This document shows positions 1 to 14,479 of a stretch of DNA of 64,000 nt, piece by piece. The notes beneath the pieces are model-generated. The model was not told the DNA's origin, did no database searches, and was given only the letters and a program-made list of their open reading frames with translations. The DNA is from the human T2T-CHM13v2.0 reference genome, Homo sapiens. Made by a program: the position numbers and the translations under genes. The stretch lies in assembly GCF_009914755.1 (NCBI RefSeq), contig NC_060944.1, one strand, 5' to 3'. How positions within the stretch are numbered: position 1 is the stretch's first letter; the number at the start of each line of letters is the position of its first letter.

Positions 1-210
1 AATCTTGCACGTTACAATATCCGCCAAGGAGGGTGGATCACTTGAGGCCAGGAGGTCGAGACCAGCCTGGCCAACAAGGTGAAAGCCCGCCTCTACTGAA
101 AATATAAAATTAGCCGAGTGTGGTGACGAGCACCTGTAGTCCCAGCTACTCGTGCCACTTCACTCCAGTCTGGGTGACAGAATAAGACTGCACCTCAAAA
201 AAAAAAAAAA
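1..210 (+). mobile_element. Alu (partial, internal deletion in right arm)
   Basis: GGATCACTTGAGGCCAGGAG...GACCAGCCTGGCCAAC, GTAGTCCCAGCTACTC joined directly to GTGCCACTTCACTCCAG, A-tail ending 210. Confidence 0.9.
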
Positions 211-950
211 TACAATGACCATACGACCCAGCAATTACACTCTTAGGTATTTATCCCAGAAAAATGAAACTTTATGTTCACATATAAGTAAAACTGTATA
301 AAAACCTGTACTTGAATGTTCATAGTAGCTTTATTAGTAATAGTCAAAAACTGGAAACAACCTGGATGTACATCAATAGATAAATGGTTAAACAAGCTCT
401 GGTATATCTGTACCATGCAATAGTACTTAGCAATAAAAAAGGAATTAATTATTAATAAACACAACCTCAATGAAGCTCCAGATAATTATGCTAAGTAAAT
501 AAAGCCAATCCCAAAAGGTTATAACTGTACAATTCTATTTATATAGGATTTTTGAAAAGACAAAATTTTAGAAATGGAGAGCAGATTAGTGGGGGCTGGA
601 GAGCAGGAGGGAGGTGGGTGTTGGTATTAGAGGGCAACATGAGAGATCCTCATGGAAATACAACTCTTATGTATAATATTTTGACTGCAGTAGTGGATAC
701 ACGAACCCATACATGTAATAAAATGGTATATAACCAAGTACCCACACACACAAACACAAGTAAAGCTGGGGAAATATTAACAAGTGCTTTGTATTGTATC
801 AATGTCAATATCCTAATTGTGATATTGTATTAAGTTTAATAAGATGTTACCACTGGGGGAATATGGGTAAAGGATACACAGGGTCTCTGTTACTTTTTAC
901 AACTACATATGATTCAACAATTGTCTCAAAATAAAGTTTAATTTTAAAAA
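211..950 (+). mobile_element. Old L1M (L1MC/MD-like) ORF2 end and 3' UTR fragment
   Basis: GACCCAGCAATTACACTCTTAGGTATTTATCCCAG, ATAAATGGTTAAACAA and AATAAAGTTTAATTT motifs typical of L1M 3' ends. Confidence 0.75.
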
Positions 951-967
951 CCTCTACCTGGCTGGCT

Positions 968-1278
968 GGCTGGGTGTGGTGGCTCACACCTGTAATCCCA
1001 GCACTCTGGGAGGCCAAGGCGGGCGGATCATGTGGTCAGGAGTTCAAGACCAGCCTGACCAACATGGTGAAGCCCCGTCTCTACTAAAAATACAAAAATT
1101 AGCCGGGCTTGGCGGTGGGTGCCTGTAATCCCAGCTACTCAGGAGGCTGAGGCAAGAGAATCACTTGAACCCAGGAGGCAGAGGTTGCAGTGAGCCAAGA
1201 TTGCACCATTGCACTCCAGCTTGTGCGACAGAGCAAGATTCTGTCTCAAAAAACAAAAAACAAACAAACAAACAAAAA
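968..1278 (+). mobile_element. AluS (Sg-like)
   Basis: Full dimer GGCTGGGTGTGGTGGCTCACACCTGTAATCCCAGC... with (CAAA)n tail. Confidence 0.95.
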
Positions 1279-1384
1279 CCTACCTTATATATGATAGAAA
1301 GAAGGAAGGGAGGGATGGAGGAAAGAAAAGTAAATTCATTTACTATGGATTTACCTTGTTTCAGAATCCAGGCTCTTTAACATG

Positions 1385-1520
1385 TGGCTGGAGATAAATA
1401 TTATCATCCCCATTTTATAGATGATGAAACTGAGTCTCAGAGAATAACTGTCTCATTCTCAAAGATATCCTTTGAGAAGTCAAGAGTCAAGCCCTGCTCT
1501 CTGTCAGTCTGCTGTCATGC
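1385..1520 (-). mobile_element. MIR fragment
   Basis: Core CCCATTTTATAGATGATGAAACTGAG. Confidence 0.65.
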
Positions 1521-2234
1521 TTTAGCCAAACACAGCCATCAATCAAATGTAGGCAAAGACTGCTTTACTCAAGAGGAAATTGAAGCCAGACTGTAAGATG
1601 CAGTCCACAAAATTCATGATTTCTTCCCCCACCCCGGCTCCATCTACTTGGTCCCTTTTTCATATGGATTGGGTTTTTATTTCTGCATTTATTGCACACA
1701 CAAATTACAGATGAGAGCATCGACTACACAAGTCATTACTCAGAGTAGCATCTTCCCAACTGCCACTGGACTAGGACCGAACAGCTTGTGGTTAATTTGC
1801 TATATAATCACTGCCTGTGACGGGGGGCAGGGCTGAGCCTGTGCTAATATTAGGAAAAGGGAAGCTGAGTAGAGAGGACTCCTGGGGCATGAAGAGTGAG
1901 GGTGGTATCAAACCAGGGAAAAAGGAAGAGTGCTGGTGGGGAGCAGGAGGAGGGGGCCCTACCCCACTGAGAGACTCCAAGAAGGATCTGCTCCTCTGCC
2001 AAGGAATAGAAGTGCTCCGTCCCATTCATCACGTCTGCATGGAAGAGCTAACCAGAATCCCAATTCTCCTAACCCCTGCCATTTCCTGGCCGCTGCCACT
2101 GCTGCCTCCTCACCTCAGAGCAGGGATATTTGTATACCACGCTGCATCTGCTGGGAGGGACACTTATAGAATGGTTCATGGGCAGGAGGAAACTTACCAA
2201 CAGGCGGGAGTTACAGCCACCATACTAGCGTTCT

Positions 2235-3070
2235 AATAACTCAATATGAAAAATGGCCAACAATCCAATAAAAAATGGGCAAAGGATGTGAACAGGCTTA
2301 GGAAACTTAACCTCTAAATAGACAAAAAGACGTTCAACCTTCATCTTAATAAAATGTAAATGTCAATTAAAACTACAATGAAATACCTTTATTTTTACCT
2401 ATAGGATTGACAAAGATCAAAATGTTTGATCACACACTGTGCTGGCCAGACTGTAGAAAAACCAGCAGTCCCAAAGGTTGGTGGGAGTGTAAATTGGCAC
2501 AGTTTTCATGGATGGCAATTTGGCACTCTCTTTCACAATTTTTGATGCACATACCCATTGACCCATAAATTCTACTGCTCTAAAATGTATTCCACCAGAC
2601 ATACTTGCATATATGTATGCAAAGTTGGATGTACAAGGCTATTCAGTGCAGCACGGCTTATAATAACAGAAGATTGGAGACAGCCCGAATGTCCATCAAG
2701 AGGGGACTGCTTAAATAAATTGTAATAGAGTCATACAATGGGAATCTTTATGGCTGTTAAAAAAGAATGAGGCAGCTTTCTATGTATGGATATGAAACAA
2801 TCTCCAAGATATATTGTTAAGTGAAAAAAAAAGCAAAGTGCTAAACAGTGTGATTAGAATGCTGCTATTTGTGAGAGTTTTTTAAGAATACATACACATA
2901 TACATCTATGCTTATATATGCAGAGAATCCCTCGGAAGGATGACATTATTTGCAATATTTGATTCTGTAGAAGGAAAAGGGTTCTCAAGGCTGAGAACAA
3001 ATAGAGAGGGAGGCTTGTTTTTCATCATTTGCCCTATTTACTAATTTGGTCTGTAGTGAATAAGCACATG
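2235..3070 (+). mobile_element. Old L1ME-like 3' fragment
   Basis: AAAAATGGGCAAAGGATGTGAACAG, GTGGGAGTGTAAATTGGCACA, AATGTCCATCAAGAGGGGACTG motifs. Confidence 0.7.
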
Positions 3071-3149
3071 TCACCAATTGTAATTAATTAGTAAGAGTTG
3101 TACTTTTAATCCTCTCTTGGTTCCTCCTGCCCAAGAATCAAATCTTGGC

Positions 3150-3920
<771 letters not shown>

Positions 3921-4039
3921 CCTCCCCAAAGAATGAGAAACAGAGCAGACTCTCACAGCATGGTTCAGGAAAAAAAGGTCCCCTGGACCCACAAGTGGAG
4001 ACCTCAATGCACATCAACTTATTGAAGGCTCTGAGCAAC

Positions 4040-4396
4040 TATCTTAGTTTGAGCTACCATAACAAAGTTTCATAGACTGGGTGACTTATGTACAGCAGAA
4101 ATTTTTTCTCACAATTCTGCAGGCTGGAAGTCCCGGATCTTCCATGGTGCCAGCATGGTTCTGGTGAAGACTCTTCCAGGGTGAAGACTGCTGACTTCTT
4201 GTTGTATCCTCACATAGTGGAAAGGGCAAAAGAGCTCTCGGAAGTCTCATTCATTCAACACTAATTCCATTCATGTAGGCTCCACACTCATGACCTAATC
4301 ACCTCCCAGAGGCCCAACTTCCTAACACCATTGCTTTGAGGATTAGGATCTCCACATATGAATTTTGGGGGGACATAAACATTCTGTCCATAACAG
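4040..4396 (-). mobile_element. MaLR solo LTR (MLT1A-like)
   Basis: TCTTAGTTTGAGCTACCATAACAAA ... TCATGACCTAATCACCTCCCA ... ACATTCTGTCCATAACA. Confidence 0.8.
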
Positions 4397-4584
4397 TAGT
4401 TCTGCAAGGAAACCAAAGCTGTTAAATGTATTTAGCCAGCATACTTCTCACTTTCTAACCAAGAATTTATTCCCTTGGAATGCCTATTAACATCCCATGG
4501 AGCTATTGTTCTATGGGCAAGAAAACTTTTGTGAAGTGTTGATCTATAGAAATGCCTACAGGACTTCTCTAATTCAGAACTTTT

Positions 4585-4957
<373 letters not shown>

Positions 4958-5849
4958 TTAAACTATAAATCCCACAGTTTTAATAAATGCAAAGTGTTTC
5001 CAGTTTAGTAGCCCAGTTGCTCCTTTCTAAGGAATTGGTGACTTCCCAAGAAATAGAGGTTAGGGAATGTCTCCACTGGTTCAGGACTTCTCTGACTCTT
5101 GTTTGCCATTAAGGATGTTCGGGATCTGGTGTTGTTTAGTAAATATCCCATCCCACCTCTTGCATGGGAATAGTCTCTGCCTTGCATCAGGGCTTTTAAC
5201 TCCATTAAATCCAATTGCAGAAAATTCTCAGACTCAGCTACTCATCACACTCACTCTTGGCAGAGTTTTATCTCTGTGGCTCCAGTTATATCTACTCTCA
5301 ATGTCAAAAGGGTCAAGAACAATCTCTTCCATCAGACACTGAACAGGACCTGCCTCCAGTTTCATTCACTCAAAAATGGGGTCTCTCTTCTTCCTTCCTT
5401 TTGATCTGTTCCAAGTGTCTCCCTGCTGAGTGTCATGGGAAGGGACTTGGTGCCCCAGTGTTTTGGTTGGAAGATTCACTTCCAAACTGAATCCAACTTG
5501 AAGAGGCTTCCCCACTAGGCAGAGAGGGTGAACCTTAGGTGCGTTGAGGGTATCACTCCCTTTCCATGCGTCTTCAACCTCAGCCTCCATTCTTAACTAT
5601 TCACCCTAACCACATGCACTCCACTTCTCACTGCACCCAAGTCTCCTCTGGACTCACCATCCTGGCTATGGTCTTGCTAAGCTTGTTAGAGTTAACCTTT
5701 GGCCTTTCTTTTCAGCTTCCTCGCCAAGCCCCCTTTTTGATAACTCTGGGGAAATGCCCCACTTGGCCCAGCCATCCAGGCATACAGCTCCTCAGTGCAG
5801 ACTCTCATGGCTTCAGAGTACTCTGCTTCTAGACAGGAGGTGGAAGAAG

Positions 5850-6072
5850 AAAGGGTGGAGAAGGTAGATTCACTTCTTAATCTCCTCAGCCTAAAATCAG
5901 CCCAAAGTCTTTCTGCTCATAGTTCACCAATGAAAACTAGTCATGTGATCCCTATGATATGAAAGGGAGTCTGAGAGGTATAGGTCCTGTCTGGGTAGCT
6001 GCCAGCATGAACCCTATTCTATTAAAGGGGAAGCATGATCTTTTGGAGGTCAGCTAGCCACCTCTTCCTCAC
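5850..6072. mobile_element. Possible old ERVL/MaLR LTR fragment
   Basis: AAAACTAGTCATGTG...GGTCAGCTAGCCACCTCTTCC resembles ends of old MLT1/LTR33-type LTRs; weak. Confidence 0.35.
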
Positions 6073-7534
6073 TATGTCATTCCTGATGTTGATGATAGAA
6101 GTAATAATAACCAATGCTATTGGCAATAATAATAACTGCTCTTCTGCATTAAGCACATCCTCTGACACAATCTTTGTGCTGAGAGTTTTCCAGGCATCAT
6201 GCTACTCACTCTTCCATCCTTCCTGTGAGGTTAGAAGACTTCTGCTTCAGATTCTCTAAGAATGAGGTCAGATCCTGTTCCACTCTGCACTCAGTAGACA
6301 TACTCATGCCATGGTCAACTCTCATATCTATGCCGTAGAGGCAGTCATGCTACCTGCCCCTCAGACCCTGAGAAAGGAACAGAGGCCATCAGAAGGGAGT
6401 TTCTGCTCATTTGAATTATATGTCACAGAGGCTAAGACCCCACCAGGTTGACAAGCTAGGCCTGGGTTCTGAGTCTTTTGAAAATTCCCTGTTGGGGAAG
6501 CGTATCCTCAGCCTGCTTGAACTCACCTACTGTGTGCACCCCTGCAACTGGGCTAACCATCAAGAGCCCCCCCCCAGACAGGGGAGATCCAGCCAGAAAA
6601 GTTGTTACCATCTTCACTCTCTGTGGCCTCCTCTTCCTATATCAGGAAGTCGCCAAATGGTGACCATAAAAATACATCTCCCCTTTTTCTACGGCTTATC
6701 ATCAGGGGAATGAATGAGGACCCACGTCATCCAAAGACCTGAAGGCAGGTGGGAGTTTGCCTTTATACTCAAAAGCAAGAGCTGATTCCCTGTGTCTGCA
6801 CTTATTGGGCCAATGATGCACACAAATATTACTGCATTTTACAGATGGAGAAACTAAGGAGTGACTATGTTAAAGTCAAGAGTATGCAGTAGCGGAGCTG
6901 GGAAAGATGGCTGAAAGGTGGGTTTGGCTCAAGATAGGGGCTCTCAAAGCACTTTGCCTGAGTACCTTGAGCTTCCTACTCAGATGTGTTGAGTCCACAC
7001 CAATACACAAGTCTTGGGCTTGAAACCCTTCCCAGGCAGATCAGAGGAAGTGGGGGAGTGGTCTGCAACCTAGAAGCAGCTGCACAGGCAGCAGATGGTA
7101 ACGGCTGCCTCTCAGATGGTTTTTTGTCACATAGCTTTTTTTCTTTCACATTATGAATTTTTTTCTGAAATCCTCTAAAAACATTGTTTTTATAGTAACA
7201 GAGGTGGCTGTATGTTTCTGAGAGATCCAGATCCCACACTCAGTCTGTCAGCCTGCTGGGATCTTTGCCTTTGTGACATATGAATAAAGTAAGTTCAAGC
7301 TCGCTGCTGCAAACAGTCCCTGGAGGTGGGCTGCCTCCTCTTCCCAGTAGCTAGAGGAGCCCTAGGATTCTGGAGAACCGAGCCCCAAGACCATCTTGTC
7401 CCGAGTCCCAAAGATAATGGGCAGTAATCCCAGGAGAGCAAGGATACAGAGGGACAAGGCCCCTAGAGTGGGTGGGAGTTCTGGGCTCCAAATATGTGTG
7501 AGTCTTCATAGGAAGGAACCAAGAGCAGCATAAC

Positions 7535-7685
7535 CTCAAACAAGTATTTAACCTCTCTAAGCCTCAGTTTCCTCATCTGAGCATACTGATGCTGTCTACC
7601 TCCTGAGATTGCAGGGAGAACTGAATTATGCTTATGAAAGGGCCTAGCACAGCACCTAGCTCCCACTGTTTTCTCAATAAAGACT
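7535..7685 (+). mobile_element. MIR
   Basis: TTAACCTCTCTAAGCCTCAGTTTCCTCATCTG ... CTAGCACAGCACCTAGC ... CTCAATAAA. Confidence 0.75.
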
Positions 7686-8528
7686 GGCTTTGATAATTAT
7701 TTTGTTTGATAATTATTTGGTAATTATCCTAAGCCACAGGATAGGAAAAATAAGCAATAATGCAAAGACCAGAGATGATGAGAGCCTCAAGCCCAGATGA
7801 AGGGGTCATGGGTAGACAGACTGAGTCAGAGAGGTCCTTGACCTTACCCAGCAGGAAGGAGGGGCTATTCCCAGGTGAGCCAAGGCTGTGAAGAAGGACT
7901 TTGGCCTCTAAACCTCATGCCCAGTTTGGCCCCCACCTCAATTCTTGTTCCCACTGCAGAGAAATCTTCTTGCACAGCCTGGCAGGTTGTACCTTTTAAT
8001 AGAGGAAATACTGGAAACATAGGTGTGACATTTCCTATCCTATAAATATGCCCTCTACTCAGAGCCAGATGATACTGAGAAGGACATCCTTCATGCTGCT
8101 ACACAGCATGTCTGTAGCCTGTACAGAGGGAGTGGGGGTGAGGGGGCCCAGTGAGGCATGATAGTTGACCTCATAAGCAGATACTTTTCATGGGGATCAA
8201 GCTGTCAGTTTTGCAGGGGGACCTGGGAACTCTCAGACTGGGGGCATTGATTCCAGGAGCCTGGATGCAATCCACTGACCTACAGACGGACCACAGGATG
8301 TGCTGCTCCCTGGTGAGTGGGCTTGAGGGTATGCTGGCCCCTTACATGACCCTTGGGTCAGGATACGACCCTCAGCTTGTGCTGGACTTTGAACTACCAA
8401 ATCCTATGGGTCTTCCAGATGATAAAGCCTCATTTAAACAGAATCTTTCCAACATCCCAATGATTGGAAGATGATGATTCTCATTTTACAGAGATAGAAA
8501 AGAGGGAGGGTGAAAGACGGAAACATTC

Positions 8529-8834
8529 TTTTTTTTTTTTTTTTTTTTTTTTTTGAGATAGAGTCTCACTTTATTACCCAGGCTGGAGTGCAATGGCATG
8601 CTTAAGAATCACTTCAGCCTCAATGTCCTGGGTTCAAATGACCCTCCCACCTCAGCCTCCTGAGTAGCTAGGACTACAGGCATGCACCACCAGGTCTGGC
8701 TAATATTGTGTTTTTTGTAGAGATGGGGTTTCACCATTTTGCCCAGCTGGTCTCGAACCCCTGAGCTAAAGCAATCCACCCATCTTGGCCTCCCAAAGTG
8801 CTGGGATTACAGGCATGCACTACCATGCCCGGCC
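8529..8834 (-). mobile_element. AluJ
   Basis: Long poly-T, J-type CCTCCCACCTCAGCCTCC and CCTGAGCTAAAGCAATCC. Confidence 0.9.
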
Positions 8835-9044
8835 TCATTCATTCCTTTATTTATCCAACCAATTACTTCAATATTGATAATCTAATATATTCCAGGTACA
8901 GTGCATACACTCAGTACAGTACACTGAGGCATAAAGAAGTAAACAGGGTAGGCAATGCCCTGCTCTCATGGAGCAGGGAGATAAACAATTAAATAATCAA
9001 ATAAGAAATATGTTATTCATTATTTAATGTGACTGTGCAAAGGA

Positions 9045-9408
9045 TATGGGGTAGGTTGAATGACTGGCTCCAATTCTCCACCCCTCTATGTATCAAGCTT
9101 TTTCAATATAACATTGCAATCCCTCCCATCCATGGACTTTGGCAAATTTGGGCATTGTTTTGGCCCATGAGATGTGAGTAGTCACGACATAAGCAAGAAT
9201 CTTACATGAGCTTGTACAAGGAGGCTTACCCTCTTACACTTTAGCCATAGCCATGAGAACATACCCTGCCTAGCCTGCTGATCCCAGGAGATGAACAAGA
9301 AGTGGATGAGAGCTGAGCCACCAACCCATGAATGAAATAAATACTTACTATTGAATGTCACTGAGATGCTGTGCTATTTTTGCTGTTGTTACACAGCAGT
9401 AGCTTAAC
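9045..9408 (+). mobile_element. Old MLT1 (H/I-like) LTR
   Basis: GGGTAGGTTGAATGACTGGCTCCAATTC ... TGTTACACAGCAGTAGCTTAACA. Confidence 0.6.
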
Positions 9409-9974
9409 AATGTGGAGCATGATTAGAGATAATGAGACAGGAAGGTAGGCAATAGAGAAAGACTGAATTTAGATGGAGGATAAGAGATGAGTCAGTTTCG
9501 CTGAAAAAGAAATATTGAAACAGAAATATGAGTAACTCATAGATACACAAGAATGCAAAAGTGGGGAGAAGAGCTTCACAGGCAGAGGGAATAGCATGTG
9601 CAAAGGCCCTGAGGTAAGAAGGAGCAGGATGCATTCCAAAAATTCAAAAAAGGACAGGGAGCAAGGAGGCCAGGGAGCAAGGGAGAATGTGGTAGCAGAT
9701 GATGAGATCAGAAAGGAAGTTGAGTAAAGGACCATGCAGACATATAGCATGACATAAAGTTTGCATTTTATCTAAGGGCAGTGGGAAGCTAATGAAGGGT
9801 GTTGAGCATACCAGCACCTGATAAAAATTCCTTCCACTGCTGAGTGAACAATGGATTAGGGGTAAGACAAGAGTGGGGAAAGGGATCCAGGGAGGAGGCT
9901 GCTGCAGCCACCAAAGTGGCAGGTGTTGGCCCAGGATTGGCAGGGTACTGTAGAGATAGAGAAAAGGGGACAAA

Positions 9975-10097
9975 GGCAGGGTGTGGTGGCTCACACCTGT
10001 AATCCCAACATTTTGGGAGGCCAAGATGGGAGGATTTATTGAGGCCAGGATTTCAAGACCAACCTGGCCAACATAGCAAGACCCTGTCTCTATAAAA
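9975..10097 (+). mobile_element. FLAM / free left Alu monomer
   Basis: Single monomer ending ACATAGCAAGACCCTGTCTCTATAAAA, then (GA)n. Confidence 0.85.
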
Positions 10098-10292
10098 GAG
10101 AGAGAGAGAAAAGGGAAAAAATCTGAAAGGTACTTTGAAGGTAAAGGTAACAGGACTTTTTCCAAAAATAGGCCTACATACACATGTCAGTTGACTTTTG
10201 AAAAACGTGCCAAGTCAATTAGATGGAGAAAGAAGGCAGAAAAGAGAGAAAAATCAATCCATAGTTTGTACCATAATTAAAAATTAATTCAA

Positions 10293-10617
10293 GCCCAGGC
10301 TTGGTGGCCCACACCTGTAATCCCAGCACTTTGGGAGGCCGAGGTAGGCGGATCACCTGAGGTCAGGAGTTCAACGCCAGCCTGACCAATGTGATGAAAT
10401 CCCATCTCTACTAAAAAAAAAAAAAAAAAAAAAAAATACAAAATTTCGCCAGGCATGATGGCACACGCCTATAATCCCAACTACTGGAGACGCTGAGACA
10501 CGAGAATCACTTGAACCCTGGAGGTGGAGGTTGCAGTGAGCCAAGATCACGCCACTGCTCTCCAGACTGGGTGACAGAGCAAGATTCCATCCCCCAAATA
10601 TATAAATAAATAAATAA
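10293..10617 (+). mobile_element. AluS with expanded middle A tract
   Basis: Dimeric Alu; 24 consecutive A at 10413-10436 in the linker. Confidence 0.93.
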
Positions 10618-11639
10618 CTCAAAGTTGAGCATAAAGTTGACTTCATTGATATTGTTTAAATTTCTACTTCAGAAAACACTATCAAGAAAATGAGAAGAAT
10701 TAGAGTGAAAGCAAAAAGACTTCTCTACAGAATGAAAGAAAATATTTGCAAATCATGCATCTCATAAGGTTCTAATGTCCAGAATATATCAATAATTCTT
10801 ACAACTCAATAATAGAAAGACAAACAACCCAATTTAAAAATAGGCAAAAGATTTGAATAGATATTCTTCAAAGAAGATATACAAATACCCAAGAAGCCCA
10901 TGAAAGCATGCTCAACATCATTAGTCATTAGGGAAATGTAAATCAAAACCACAACAAGATACCATTTCACACTCATCAGGATAGCTATCATCGAAAAGAT
11001 GAACAATAACAAGTGTTGGTCAGGATGTGCAGAAATTGGGACCCTCATACATTACTGGTGAAGCTGCTTTGGAAAGCAGTTTGGCAGTTCCTCAAAAAGT
11101 TAAACATTGAGTTACCATGTGACCCAGCAATTCTATTCCTTGGTATATACACAAAAGGAAAAAAAAAAGTTCTCACAAAACTTATATGCAAATGTCTGTA
11201 GCAGCAATTATTCCTAATAGCCAAAAAAAATTGAAACAACCAAAATGCCAACCAATTGATGAATGGATAAACAAAATGTGATTTATCCATACAATATTCC
11301 TGAATTTAATATTCAGCAGTAAAAAATAATGAAGTATTGACACATGCTACCACGTGGGTGAAACTTTAAAACATCATGCTAAGTGAAAGAAGCCAGTCAC
11401 AAAGGATGACATGTTGTATGACTCCATTTCTATGAAATATCAAGAATGGTTAAATCTATAGAGATACAAAGTAGATTAATGTCTTCCAGGGGTTGGAAGA
11501 AGAGGGGAATGGGAAGTGCTTGCTAATGGGAAGGGAGTTTCTTTGTATTTTTTATTATCTCATAGTAAAGCTTTAATAAACATCAGTTTCCATCCTCCCA
11601 GTTCTAGCCAAATTACTTTAATAAAATATATCTGTATAT

Positions 11640-11830
11640 ACAGTTTTTTCAGCTTTTATTTTGGATTCAAATTTGGTACATGTTCAGGTTTGTTACATGG
11701 GTATATTGCATGATGCTGAGGTTTGGGATATGGATGATCCCATCACCCAGAAAGTGAGAGGTAGAGAACCAATAGGTAGTTTTTCAGGCCACATCTCCTC
11801 TCTACTCGAGTGGTCCCCAGTGTCTATTGC
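11640..11830 (-). mobile_element. L1PA/PB 3' end fragment nested in L1MB
   Basis: GGTACATGTTCAGGTTTGTTACATGGGTATATTGCATGATGCTGAGGTTTGGG. Confidence 0.7.
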
Positions 11831-12988
11831 TTGTGATGGCATTTCATCGGGGGCGATGAGAATGTTCTGGAATTAGAGAGTGATGATTGTACAACTGCAT
11901 GAATATACCAAAAACCACTAAATGGTATGCTTTAAATGGGTGAACTGTATGGTACATAAATGTATGGTACATAAATTTTATCTCAATGAAGCTGTTAACC
12001 AAAAATAAAAGAGCATAGACCTAATGTAAAGCCTAAAACTATAACTCTTCAGAAGAAATATAGGAGAAAATCCTTGTAAGTTTGAGTGAGGCAAAGATTT
12101 CTTGTATATGACATCGAATAAGAAAAACAAGTGATAAGTTGGACCTCATTAAAATTAAGAACTATTATTCTTTCAAAGAAGACACTGTTAAGAGAATGAA
12201 AAGGAAAGCCATAGGATGGGAAAAAGTGTTTGTAAATGACATATATGATAAAGAATTTATATTCCAAATATACAAAACTATCAAAACTCAATAATAAGCA
12301 AAACAGCCCAATATTTTTTAAAATAGGCAAAAATTGTGAATAGACACTTCCCCAAAGAAGATATTGGGATGGCAAATAACCACATGAAAACAAGGTTCGA
12401 CATCATCACTCCTTAGGGAAATGCAAATTAAAATCACAATGAGATAAAATGAAGTATTCTGTCCCCCACAAAGACTTGTACACATATTTCCACAGCAACA
12501 TTGGTTGTAATAGCCAAAAGCTGGAAAAAATACAAATGCCATCAACAGGTGAAAGAATCAACAAGAAGCGGTATACCCATACAGTGGGATACTACCCAGC
12601 AATTAAAAGGAATGAACTACTGACACATGTAACAATATAGATGAGTCTCAAAGTAATTATAATGAGTTTAAAAGTCAGGCCAAAAATGCATACTGTATAA
12701 TTTCATTTATATAAAATTCTAGAAAAAGCAAACTAATCTGTAGTGACAGAAAGCAGAGTGGTGGTTCACTAAGGATGAAATACACGGGAGAGGTGGGAGG
12801 GGCAGGAGGGAGAATATCAAAGGATCATAAGGAAACATTGGGAAGGGATGGATATGTTTATTTATTATCTTCTGTGTGGTGATGCTCTCCCAGGGGCATA
12901 GGCATGTGAAAACTTTTCCAGTTGTGCATTTCAAATACGTGTATTTTATTGTATGTCAATTGTACCTCCATAATGCTATAAAAAAATT

Positions 12989-13260
12989 AATAGGACTTGT
13001 TGATGAACTGGATATGGAGGTGAGAGGGGGAGAAATGTCAGGGATAACCTCCAGGCTTCTGGCTTGAGTCAACTGTTGGATGGAGGGGCAGTTTCCTGAC
13101 GGGAATGTTCAAAAGAGGACACGGTTAGGGTGCCTTAGCACATGGCAGAGAGGTCAAGAACAGAGTTTTTGAGATGTGAAATTTGATGTCCCATTGAAAA
13201 TGTACAGAATGTGGTTGTGAATCTGAGCCTGTGGCTGAAAAGAGAGATCATGGTTCAAGA
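12989..13260 (-). mobile_element. L2 continuation
   Basis: AGGACTTGTTGATGAACTGGATATGGAGGTGAGAG ... CTCCAGGCTTCTGGCTTGAG. Confidence 0.6.
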
Positions 13261-13272
13261 AAAGGAAGAAGG

Positions 13273-13571
<299 letters not shown>

Positions 13572-14229
13572 GGGGGCGAGGCGGGGAGAGGGAACTCATG
13601 CAGGGAAAACCGTGAGCCAAGACATGGAGGATGGGAACAAGGGGGAGGAACAGAAAGGGAGTCCTTCACTGGGGTGGGGTTAGGGCAAGAAGCAGTGAGC
13701 AGAGAGGGAGCCCCCAGGTGGCTGTGTTGGGACCTGCTGGATTCACAGGGCAGGGAGGATGACAAGCTCTGGGAGTCCTAGAAAGGGATTTGATTTGAGG
13801 TGTTGGGACAGGAGAAATGAAGCCATCAGCTTTAGAGCTGCCACATCCCGTTGGGACATTCCACAGGGAGCTGGATCCTGGGATCTGGATGACCAAGGAG
13901 AGATGTGGTGCAGAGAGGGATCTAGGGCTTCCCTGGCAAGAGTATGTTGGCCCAGGAGGAGTGGGGGTGGTGGAAGAGAAAGATAGAGATGCAGGAGCTC
14001 TCAGAGAAGCCCCAGGAGAGTACGTGAGAATGGAGACGGCATCAGGCTAGGGGCAAAGTAGGGTGACAGCCAGACCCACGAAGTCCCCAGAGGTCTTACA
14101 GGAACATCTCAGGGCAAGGACCCAGAGCAGTGTGTGCCAAGGGCTGGTCACCAGAGCTGAAAAGGGAGATAGCCTTGGAAGGAGGGAGATGTGCTGGTCC
14201 CTACAAGGCTCTGGCATATACATCTCCTC

Positions 14230-14340
14230 ACTGAGTGCTCACAACTCCTTTATGAGATCACCGTAATCATCTGCATTGCACAGACAAGAAAACTGAGAAT
14301 CAGAGAGGTTAGGAGACTTCTCCCAAGGCCACGAACCTTG
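14230..14340 (-). mobile_element. MIR fragment
   Basis: CTCACAACTCCTTTATGAG ... CAGACAAGAAAACTGAGAATCAGAGAGGTTAGG. Confidence 0.6.
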
Positions 14341-14479
14341 TATCTCATCCACATCTGGGGGCTCACACGCTCTTTTTAGGCACTAGGGTGCCCAGAAAAA
14401 GGTTCACAGGGGCCACCAAGCACCAACTAATGACCCCCAGGGTGGCTGTGCACAAGCATGTCTGAGGCAGTTAGATGAA

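Larger units (their letters stand above)
8835..10158 (-). mobile_element. L2 fragments (interrupted by MLT1 and FLAM; resumes at ~12989)
   Basis: CATTCATTC start; CAGGCAGAGGGAATAGCATGTGCAAAGGCCCTGAGG; GGGAGGAGGCTGCTGCAG. Confidence 0.65.
10159..12988 (+). mobile_element. Old L1M insertion into L2 with nested L1MB-like element (10634-12010)
   Basis: L1 ORF2/3'UTR motifs throughout; flanking direct repeat AACAGGACTT/AATAGGACTT (10149-10158, 12989-12998); inner GAGCATA repeat (10627-10633, 12011-12017). Confidence 0.65.

Noticed and set aside
8036-8055. TATA-like CCTATAAATA
   Set aside because: Isolated motif with no CpG island or other promoter evidence.
11946-11975. 15-bp tandem duplication TGTATGGTACATAAA (similar micro-duplications near 7690, 31430, 48625)
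   Set aside because: Common slippage events, mostly inside repeats, with no sign of function.
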